DNA from: an uncultured Methanosarcinales archaeon
GTDB taxonomy: Archaea; Nanobdellota; Nanobdellia; Woesearchaeales; GCA-2686295
DNA: 64,000 nt
NCBI GenBank assembly: GCA_964402995.1
Contig: CAYOEA010000009.1
Span: 4,974-68,973, forward strand
Reading direction: 5' to 3'
Below are positions 28,459-36,424 of the stretch, piece by piece. The notes under the pieces were generated by a model, which was not told the origin of the DNA, did not search any database, and saw only the letters and a program-made list of their open reading frames with translations. Both the position numbers and the translations under genes were made by a program. Each line of letters begins with the position of its first letter. Position 1 is the first letter of the stretch.

Positions 28459-29802
28459 TTAAACTATTTTTCTTGCTTCAACGTAAAATCTTTTTTCATT
28501 TGCTTCACCCATAGAAAAAGTCTTTCTTGGTAAAGCTCCTTCAAGAATTACACTTTTAAAAAAACTATTTTTATCTATTGAATCTAAAAAGAATCCACAA
28601 TTACCAGTTTTTTGTCCAAGTTCACAAACTACATCAGTTCCATGCACATAATCAATTTCTTCCGCATTTCCTAAACTAACAAATTTATCTAAAAACTTTT
28701 GAAGCGTTCCATAAGTTAAATTTGAAGTTGGTTTATTGAAAGTAATTAATTTATAATTATTTAAATTAATAAAACCAAATATTTGCTTATCACCTGAATT
28801 CTCAACAGTTGTAATCATTTCTTCTTTTGAACACTCTTTAAACTCAAGAGTTTCACCAAATTCTTCTTTCAATGCGATTTCAAAATCTTTTTTCACATTA
28901 AATAATACTCTATGAATTGGTTCAAACTCCATTGCTTCAGAATGAATATTCATTAATTCAACTAAAGCAAATCTTGATGGATGATCCATACCTTTCTCAG
29001 ATTTTGTGCTTTCCCAAATTGTTTTTGCAGTTGCTAAAGAATGATTTCCATCTCCCATTGCAAATAATAATACATCTTCTTGACCATACTTATCTTTACA
29101 AACTACAGGATCAGCAAGTTTAGCAAGTTCAGTTAACATGTTATTTGAAGTTTCTAAATCAAGTCTATAACCTTTAACATGACCACCTTCCATCATTAAT
29201 TCAAAATCATATACTTTATCTAAATCTGATTTCAAACTCGTCAATGGTTCAATAACCTTCTTTTCTCTATCATCAATTAAAACCATTATATGAGGTAATT
29301 CAATTAAAGCATTTTTTCTAACTTCAACTCTAGGAGGTAACCTATCAACGATTGTTCCTTCAGTTGCTCTAATTAAACTTTTAGAATCAACACTAAAATC
29401 ATAATACTCTAAATCTAATGCTACAACTAATCCTTGTCTAGTTTTACCATTAATAGTTCTTTCAACATAAATTATTCCTTCTTCCTCACTCAAAAGTTTT
29501 TCTTTTGGTGCACTAGCAACTTCATTGCTCTGTGCTTCTAATAATTCTTGTTCTAAATACTCACTCATAGAATCATTTATGTTTTGTATTCTTTTTTCTT
29601 TATCCTCGTCTTTCAAATAAACTTCAGGATAAACTAATTTTAATGTTGAAGGTTCATCAGCTACTAATTCAGAAACACGTTTCCAATAGTCTGGTTCACT
29701 TGTATATTGATCACAAGCTACAACTGCCCATTTAGTCATGTCCACATTCTTGTTTGGTAAAAGAATTTTTGGTATTTTTACTCCTATGTTTTTAAAATCC
29801 AT
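28459..29802 (-). CDS. DUF1015 family protein carrying an in-frame palindromic insertion
   Basis: KWAVVACDQYTS, IRATEGT, ELPHIM.LIDD, MGDGNHSLATAK, EPIHRV, LPRKTFSMGEA. Confidence 0.88.
   Translation of the reverse strand: MDFKNIGVKIPKILLPNKNVDMTKWAVVACDQYTSEPDYWKRVSELVADEPSTLKLVYPEVYLKDEDKEKRIQNINDSMSEYLEQELLEAQSNEVASAPKEKLLSEEEGIIYVERTINGKTRQGLVVALDLEYYDFSVDSKSLIRATEGTIVDRLPPRVEVRKNALIELPHIMVLIDDREKKVIEPLTSLKSDLDKVYDFELMMEGGHVKGYRLDLETSNNMLTELAKLADPVVCKDKYGQEDVLLFAMGDGNHSLATAKTIWESTKSEKGMDHPSRFALVELMNIHSEAMEFEPIHRVLFNVKKDFEIALKEEFGETLEFKECSKEEMITTVENSGDKQIFGFINLNNYKLITFNKPTSNLTYGTLQKFLDKFVSLGNAEEIDYVHGTDVVCELGQKTGNCGFFLDSIDKNSFFKSVILEGALPRKTFSMGEANEKRFYVEARKIV
29487..29535. repeat. Double-hairpin palindromic element, copy C (inside DUF1015 CDS)
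   Basis: CACTC-AAAAG/CTTTT-GGTGCACT-AGCAA/TTGCT-CTGTGC; read on the minus strand as AQSNEVASAPKEKLLS. Confidence 0.75.
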
Positions 29803-29928
29803 AATATCACCTTTTAAGAAAATATTTTCTCAGAATTATTTATATGTTTATCGAATTAATTCAAAAAACTTGTTTATTTTAAAGAAAAAAAAGAAAAAGA
29901 AAAAAAATAATTTAAAGAGTTTATTGTT

Positions 29929-29977
29929 CACTCAAAAACTAAATGTTTTTGGTGCACCAACAATTAATTGTTGAGTG
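29929..29977. repeat. Double-hairpin palindromic element, copy B (overlaps ppdK stop)
   Basis: CACTC-AAAAAC/GTTTTT-GGTGCACC-AACAA/TTGTT-GAGTG. Confidence 0.75.
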
Positions 29978-32594
29978 TCTCTCTTACTGCTGCTTGTGCT
30001 GCTGCAAGTTTTGCAATTGGAACTCTAAATGGTGAGCAGCTTACATAGTTTAATCCTACTCTATGGCAAAATTCTACTGATGATGGCTCTCCGCCGTGTT
30101 CTCCACAGATTCCAAGTTTAATTCCAGGTCTTGCTTGCTGTCCTTTCTTTACAGCCATTTCTACTAATTGACCAACACCTGTTTGATCTAATACTTGGAA
30201 TGGATCTTTTTCTAAGATTCCTTTTTCTACGTATTCTGGAACGAATTTTCCTACATCGTCTCTTGAGAATCCCATAGTCATCTGTGTTAAATCATTTGTT
30301 CCAAAGCTAAAGAACTCTGCTTCTACTGCAACTGCATCTGCAACTAATGCTGCTCTTGGAACTTCAATCATAGTTCCAACCATGTATTTTACATCTGTTC
30401 CGTCTAGTATTCTATCAGCTGCTGCAACAATAATTGCTTTTTGATTTGTAAATTCTTCAACAGTACCAATTAAAGGAACCATAACTTCAGGTTTTACTGA
30501 AATTCCTTCTGCTGCAACTTCTTTTGCTGCTTCAAAGATTGCTTCTGCTTGCATTTCTGCAATTTCAGGATATGTAACTCCTAATCTACAACCTCTGTGA
30601 CCAAGCATTGGGTTTACTTCATGTAAGCTTTCGATTTTGTGTTTTAAATCTTCTATACTTACGCCAAGTTCACCTGCAATTTCTGCAATGTCTGTTTCAG
30701 CTGTTGGTAAGAATTCATGTAATGGAGGGTCTAACAATCTAATTGTGATTGGTTTTCCTTCCATGATTTTGAATAATGCTTTGAAGTCATCTTTTTGGAA
30801 AGGTTTAATTTTCAAAAGAGCTTTTTTTCGACCTTCTAAGTTTTCACTCATTATCATTTCTCTAACAGCTTTGATTCTATCACCTTCAAAGAACATATGC
30901 TCAGTTCTGCATAGACCAATTCCTTCTGCACCAAATTTGATTGCTTGCTGTGCGTCTCTTGGTGTTTCTGCATTTGTTCTAACTCCCATTCTTCGGAATT
31001 TATCAGCAATATCCATTAACTTTCCAAAGTTTCCTGTAAGTTCTGGATCAGTTGTTGGAATTTTTCCTGCGTAAACATCTCCGCTAGTTCCATCAAGTGT
31101 AATGTAATCTCCTTCAGTGAATTTTTCTCCACCTAGTTCTAATGATTTTGCTGCTTCTGAAATTCTTGCATCCCCTAAACCTGATACACAACATTTACCC
31201 ATTCCACGAGCTACAACTGCTGCATGTGAAGTCATTCCACCTTTTGCAGTTAGAATTCCTACTGCTGCGTCCATCCCAATTAAATCTTCTGGACTTGTAT
31301 CATTTCTTACCAAGATTACTTTTTCACCAGCTTGTTTTAATTCTACTGCTGATTCATTTGTAAATGCAATTTTTCCTACAGCTCCACCTGGTGATGCTGG
31401 AAGACCTTTTCCTAAAGATGTGTGTTTTTCTTTTGCAACATGATCAAGTTGTGGATGTAATAACTGATCAAGTTGATTTGGATCTACTCTCATTACAGCT
31501 TCTTTTTCTGTAATTAATCCTTCATCAACCATTTCTACAGCCATTCTTACTGCAGCTTCAGCTGTTCTTTTTCCATTTCTTGTTTGAAGCATATAAAGTG
31601 TTTTGTCTTGGATAGTAAATTCCATATCTTGCATATCTTTGTAGTGCAATTCTAATTTTTTATAGATTGCAACAAGCTCAGCATATGCTTGTGGCATAAC
31701 ACTTTCTAACTGTGAGATTGGTTGTGGAGTTCTAATTCCTGCAACAACGTCTTCTCCTTGTGCGTTCATTAAATATTCTCCATAGAAATAGTTTTCTCCT
31801 GTTGATGGATCTCTTGAGAAACATACTCCAGTTCCACTTGTTTCGCCCATATTTCCAAAGACCATTGCTTGAATATTTACAGCTGTTCCATCTAATCCTT
31901 TGATGTCATTCATTCTTCTGTAAACAATTGCACGATCATTGTTCCATGAACCAAATACTGCTTCTATTGACATAATTAATTGTTCTTTTACATCAATTGG
32001 AAACTCTCTTCCTGCATGTTCTTTGATAGTTTCTTTGTATTTTTCTACTACTTCTTTTAAGTCATCAGCTGATAAGTCAGTATCAAATTCAACGCCTTTT
32101 GTTTCTTTGATAGTTTCTAATACTTTTTCGAAATTAGCATGCTCTACACCCATCACTACATCTCCAAACATTTGAAGAAATCTTCTGTATGAGTCATAAG
32201 CAAATCTATCATTTCCTGATTTTGCTGCAAGACCTGCAACTACTTCATCATTTAATCCTAAATTTAGAATTGTATCCATCATTCCTGGCATAGATACTGC
32301 AGCTCCACTTCTTACTGATAATAATAACGGACTTTCACTATTTCCTAGCTTGCTTTCCATTTCTGATTCAAGCGTTACTAAGTGTTGATCGATTTCTGTT
32401 AATGCTGCTTCTGAAAGTTTTTTTCCTTCTGTATAAAATTCAGCACAAGTTGCAGTTGTTATTGTAAATCCTGGCGGTACTGGCACACCAATATTTGCCA
32501 TTTCTGCTAAGTTAGCTCCTTTGCCACCTAGAATGTTTTTCATACTCTTTTCGCCTTCAGTTCCTTTTTTACCGAAGTAATATACATGTTTCAT
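29964..32594 (-). CDS. ppdK: Pyruvate, phosphate dikinase
   Basis: GGKGANLAEM, SVRSGA..SMPGMMDT, GGMTSHAAVVARG, GLCRTEHMF, SFGTNDLTQ, GICGEHGG. Confidence 0.99.
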   Translation of the reverse strand: MKHVYYFGKKGTEGEKSMKNILGGKGANLAEMANIGVPVPPGFTITTATCAEFYTEGKKLSEAALTEIDQHLVTLESEMESKLGNSESPLLLSVRSGAAVSMPGMMDTILNLGLNDEVVAGLAAKSGNDRFAYDSYRRFLQMFGDVVMGVEHANFEKVLETIKETKGVEFDTDLSADDLKEVVEKYKETIKEHAGREFPIDVKEQLIMSIEAVFGSWNNDRAIVYRRMNDIKGLDGTAVNIQAMVFGNMGETSGTGVCFSRDPSTGENYFYGEYLMNAQGEDVVAGIRTPQPISQLESVMPQAYAELVAIYKKLELHYKDMQDMEFTIQDKTLYMLQTRNGKRTAEAAVRMAVEMVDEGLITEKEAVMRVDPNQLDQLLHPQLDHVAKEKHTSLGKGLPASPGGAVGKIAFTNESAVELKQAGEKVILVRNDTSPEDLIGMDAAVGILTAKGGMTSHAAVVARGMGKCCVSGLGDARISEAAKSLELGGEKFTEGDYITLDGTSGDVYAGKIPTTDPELTGNFGKLMDIADKFRRMGVRTNAETPRDAQQAIKFGAEGIGLCRTEHMFFEGDRIKAVREMIMSENLEGRKKALLKIKPFQKDDFKALFKIMEGKPITIRLLDPPLHEFLPTAETDIAEIAGELGVSIEDLKHKIESLHEVNPMLGHRGCRLGVTYPEIAEMQAEAIFEAAKEVAAEGISVKPEVMVPLIGTVEEFTNQKAIIVAAADRILDGTDVKYMVGTMIEVPRAALVADAVAVEAEFFSFGTNDLTQMTMGFSRDDVGKFVPEYVEKGILEKDPFQVLDQTGVGQLVEMAVKKGQQARPGIKLGICGEHGGEPSSVEFCHRVGLNYVSCSPFRVPIAKLAAAQAAVRETLNN

Positions 32595-32821
32595 TTTGTG
32601 TATTCCTCACTAGTTTTTTATTGAATATGATATAAGAATTAGTACTCTCTTACACCTATAAACTAACCTAAAATCAAGTTGTTTTTAAAGATATTTATTA
32701 TGTAGAATATATGTTAAAGAAAAAAATATTTTTTCAGCAGAATACAAGGAAAAACAAATAATCACTACTGGACGATGGTGAAAATATAAACATTTATAAA
32801 TAATTTCATATTAAAACTTGT

Positions 32822-33373
32822 ATGAAGAAAACTTTAGCAGGAATAATCTTAACCTGTCTAAGTGTCACGATGTTTTCACAGACTAATACAAGCATAAATA
32901 CCAACAAAATAGAATTAAAGGCATCTAACCATTTATACGACACTATAAGAGATGCCAATTCTTTTGAAGCTAAAACATTAGAAAATAACACTTATAAAAT
33001 AAAAGAAACAGAAAATGAATTCTTTATGAAATTGGATAGCACAGATAAACAATATTTAATGGACAAAATAGACGAAATAGACGAAGAAATACCTAAAACA
33101 GTGAATAACTATACAAGTATTTTATGTGATGTCTTAAACAAAAACAATAGAAGAAACCCAATCTCAATTAATGACTTAATAGATCAAAAAGATAATAATT
33201 ATGAACTAATATATGTATCCGTAAAAAAAGTTAAAAACATGAACATCTTTGTTTTTCAATATAGCATTAATGGAGAACAAAATAGAATTACTTACGCGGA
33301 ACGAGATGTAAAAATTGCAGATACATTAATTGAAGAGTTAAAAGAAATTAGAAATAAAAAAAAGAAATATTAA
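32822..33373 (+). CDS. Hypothetical secreted protein
   Basis: Signal-peptide-like N-terminus MKKTLAGIILTCLSVTMFSQ; very low GC. Confidence 0.6.
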   Translation: MKKTLAGIILTCLSVTMFSQTNTSINTNKIELKASNHLYDTIRDANSFEAKTLENNTYKIKETENEFFMKLDSTDKQYLMDKIDEIDEEIPKTVNNYTSILCDVLNKNNRRNPISINDLIDQKDNNYELIYVSVKKVKNMNIFVFQYSINGEQNRITYAERDVKIADTLIEELKEIRNKKKKY

Positions 33374-33384
33374 TTAAAAAAGTT

Positions 33385-33696
33385 TTAACCAGTATGATAA
33401 TAACCAGCCATACAAACACCGCCTCCAGTGCAAGTAGAAGAACAAGAACCTCCCGTCCAAGAACCACACGAACCAACTTTATATGCATAACCATCATCAT
33501 CAAATTCGAAACAACCACATGATAATGACTGAGTCGCAGGTGGTCTACTTGGTCTTTGACCAGCAATATTCTCATCATTTAAATCTATTGGCACTATTTT
33601 TGTCGCTGATTTACCACCAATTAATACAACTAGTGCAACAATTGCCACCATTGCTACAATTGCAATATAAACCATTGCATTATTATTTTCAGACAT
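33385..33696 (-). CDS. Small membrane-anchored/secreted 6-Cys protein, cassette 1
   Basis: Leader MSENNNAMVYIAIVAMVAIVALVV...NIAG, then a Gly/Ser-rich core with 6 Cys; AGGTGA SD. Confidence 0.8.
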   Translation of the reverse strand: MSENNNAMVYIAIVAMVAIVALVVLIGGKSATKIVPIDLNDENIAGQRPSRPPATQSLSCGCFEFDDDGYAYKVGSCGSWTGGSCSSTCTGGGVCMAGYYHTG

Positions 33697-33777
33697 TTTA
33701 TCACCTTTTAGTTTAATTATAAACTTAATAAGAAAAATAATCAGATTAATACTATTTAAATATTTCTACAACTCTAT
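33630..33777. repeat. Constant unit of the cassette array (leader + promoter), copy 1
   Basis: Near-identical to 34751-34899; more diverged copy at about 34166-34322. Confidence 0.85.
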
Positions 33778-33939
33778 ATCAACAAAATAATAATCAGAAT
33801 ACACCTATCACATAAATTTCTAACCCCAAAAAAAACTGTGTTTTAAAAATATTTATAGTATAGAATATATGTTAAAGAAAAATTATAAAATTAAAGAAAA
33901 AAAGAAAAAAATTCAAGATTTAAATTTGAGATTATATCT

Positions 33940-34239
33940 TTATTCCCAGTTAGCTGCTGCGCCAGCATTACATCTAGTTACACAACCTGAATCATATCCT
34001 GTACAACATCTTTCACATTCTGATGCTGGAGGAGCAGTACAACCAGAGCTATACATAGTATTACCGCCAGTAGATAATTTTCCTGAAGATGCAAAAGCTA
34101 ATCCTGCTTGATTTGCGTCATCCATGCTTAATACTTTTGTTGTTGAATTTCCACTAATAACAACTACTAGTGCTACTATTGCTACCATTGCTACAATTGC
34201 AATATAAACCATTGTATTATGATCATTATTTTCTACCAT
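33940..34239 (-). CDS. Small membrane-anchored/secreted 6-Cys protein, cassette 2
   Basis: Leader MVENNDHNTMVYIAIVAMVAIVALVV...NQAG; core with C-x7-C-x2-CC-x6-C-x3-C. Confidence 0.8.
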   Translation of the reverse strand: MVENNDHNTMVYIAIVAMVAIVALVVVISGNSTTKVLSMDDANQAGLAFASSGKLSTGGNTMYSSGCTAPPASECERCCTGYDSGCVTRCNAGAAANWE

Positions 34240-34389
34240 CTTATCACCTTTTAATTTAATTTTAACTTAATAATACCTCATATTTTAGATTAATACTATT
34301 TAAATATTTCTACAACTCTATCTTGACAAAAAAATAATCTTAATTTAAAAATCAAAGAAGAAATAAATAAAAAATTAAAAAAAAATTAA

Positions 34390-34818
34390 TTAGTAAATTG
34401 ATCCTGCTGCTGCCTTAGCCGAACACCCACTACCACCGGAATAACCAGAAGGAGGATTACATTCACACTGTCCACTACCTTCCTTTGAACAAGTACCAGT
34501 TACAGTTGAACCATCAGAATCTTTTGTAGCAGTACATGTTAACCAACACCAAGTACGAGCCGCATCAGCTTCATGCCAACCACTTGCACCAGGAAGACCA
34601 TATGATCCAAATGATTCTAAAGGATTAGATGCTTGAGTTGATCTTAAAAAAATTCTTGAACTTGCTAATCCTGCTGAATTTGCATCAACATCATTCACAA
34701 TAGGTTCTAAACTTACAACTTTTGTTGCTGAATTTCCATTAATAACTACTACTAGTGCAACAATTGCCACCATTGCTACAATTGCAATGTAAACCATTGC
34801 ATTATTATTTTCTACCAT
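34390..34818 (-). CDS. Small membrane-anchored/secreted 6-Cys protein, cassette 3
   Basis: Leader MVENNNAMVYIAIVAMVAIVALVV...NSAG; longer core with 6 Cys. Confidence 0.8.
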   Translation of the reverse strand: MVENNNAMVYIAIVAMVAIVALVVVINGNSATKVVSLEPIVNDVDANSAGLASSRIFLRSTQASNPLESFGSYGLPGASGWHEADAARTWCWLTCTATKDSDGSTVTGTCSKEGSGQCECNPPSGYSGGSGCSAKAAAGSIY

Positions 34819-34887
34819 TATATCACCTTTTAGTTTAATTATAAACTTAATAAGAAAAATAATCAGATTAAATCTATTTAAATATTT

Positions 34888-35658
34888 CTACAACTCTATC
34901 TCGACAGGACAATGATCAGAGCCTAATATTTCAGGCAATATTTTTGCAGATTTTAACTTTCCAATCATTTTCTGAGAGACTAAAAAATAATCTATTCGCC
35001 AGCCAACATTTCTGCTTCGAGCACCCATTCTATAACTCCACCATGAATATGCGTCTTCTTTGTCAGGGTAGAAATGTCTAAAACTATCAACAAGTCCAGC
35101 TTCTAAATGCTTAGTCATTCCTTCTCGTTCTCTATCTGAAAACCCAGGACTTCCAAGTTTAGTTGCAGTAGTCATATTTGGCTTTGAATTTTTCAAGTCA
35201 ATTTCTTTATGCGCAGCATTTAAGTCCCCGCATATTACAACTGGTTTTTTCTTATCTAAATCCATTATAAAGTTTCTAAACGCATTATCCCATTCGACTC
35301 TATAATCAATTCTTGCTAACATATCTTTTGAATTTGGAGTATAAACATTTACTAAAAAAAAGTCTTCATATTCTAAACTTATAACTCTACCTTCTTGATC
35401 GTGTTCTTCAATACCCATATCATAAATTACCGCGTAAGGTTCAACTTTTGAGAAAACTGCTGTGCCTGAATAACCCTTTTTTTCTGCACTATTCCAATAT
35501 TTATATGGATAGTCTAGCAGCATTAAATCTACTTGTTCAGGTCTGGCTTTTGTTTCTTGTAAACATAATACATCAGGTTTCTCTGAGTTTACAAATTCGT
35601 AGAAATTTTTCTTTATTATTGCTCTTATTCCATTTACATTCCAAGAAATTAGTTTCAT
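34888..35658 (-). CDS. xth: Exodeoxyribonuclease III / AP endonuclease
   Basis: SWNVNG, LCLQETK, GYSGTA, NVYTPN, CGDLN.AH, WRIDYF, SDHCPV. Confidence 0.97.
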   Translation of the reverse strand: MKLISWNVNGIRAIIKKNFYEFVNSEKPDVLCLQETKARPEQVDLMLLDYPYKYWNSAEKKGYSGTAVFSKVEPYAVIYDMGIEEHDQEGRVISLEYEDFFLVNVYTPNSKDMLARIDYRVEWDNAFRNFIMDLDKKKPVVICGDLNAAHKEIDLKNSKPNMTTATKLGSPGFSDREREGMTKHLEAGLVDSFRHFYPDKEDAYSWWSYRMGARSRNVGWRIDYFLVSQKMIGKLKSAKILPEILGSDHCPVEIEL

Positions 35659-35699
35659 AAATTCGCTCCTAAAAAATTATGTATGCCAAAAATATTCTT

Positions 35700-35745
35700 C
35701 ATTCAAAAGCAATACTTTTGATGCGCCAAAACGTTAGTTTTGTGC
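35700..35745. repeat. Double-hairpin palindromic element, copy D (intergenic, upstream of xth)
   Basis: CATTC-AAAAG/CTTTT-GATGCGCC-AAAAC/GTTTT-GTGC; CAT/ATG is a compensatory change of CAC/GTG. Confidence 0.7.
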
Positions 35746-35762
35746 GTTTGAGCATCATCTTA

Positions 35763-36401
35763 CTAATTAAGATTATACTTGATGTTTTTATATTCTTCCT
35801 CTAATTTAAAATATTCTTGCTCATTTAAGTTTATCAAGTCTAAATCTTTCACAATAAGTCTACTTACAACTCTAAGAAATTGTTGTAAATGAGGATAGGG
35901 GATTTTCACATCAAAAATATCTTTTTTATTATGATCAATTGCTTCTTCTAAATCTTTAACAAATATTTCTTTTGCAAAATCATAAAGCATCACGATATCT
36001 AAATCATTATTTTTTATTGCAGTCTCAATCAAAAAATTTTTCTGCAATTCTCTCATAGTCTCTTTACTTTGAGCAGTATTTTTTATTTTGTTAAAAACAT
36101 GAGTAAAATTAGTTTTTCCAAGTCGCGTATCAATAATTAAATCATTTGATATTTCAACTGCATTATCCATATATTTTTCTAATTGGAAATATAGTTCCAT
36201 TATTTCTTCTTTGTTTCTTCCACCAACATTATTAGTTAAGAAATGTAATTTTTGAACCATTAAATTTAAATTAGTTGAAATCTCTTTAGTGGTAGCATCT
36301 ATACTGCTCAAATATCTCCTCTCAGCAATTACCTGCTCATCAGAATTAGTAAGAACTTTTTCCACATTAATTTTAGATAGCCAGTTGTATATGCTTACCA
36401 T
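35763..36401 (-). CDS. Hypothetical protein
   Basis: 212-aa helical ORF downstream of gatE. Confidence 0.55.
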   Translation of the reverse strand: MVSIYNWLSKINVEKVLTNSDEQVIAERRYLSSIDATTKEISTNLNLMVQKLHFLTNNVGGRNKEEIMELYFQLEKYMDNAVEISNDLIIDTRLGKTNFTHVFNKIKNTAQSKETMRELQKNFLIETAIKNNDLDIVMLYDFAKEIFVKDLEEAIDHNKKDIFDVKIPYPHLQQFLRVVSRLIVKDLDLINLNEQEYFKLEEEYKNIKYNLN

Positions 36402-36424
36402 GTCTTACTTCACCATTATCTCTT

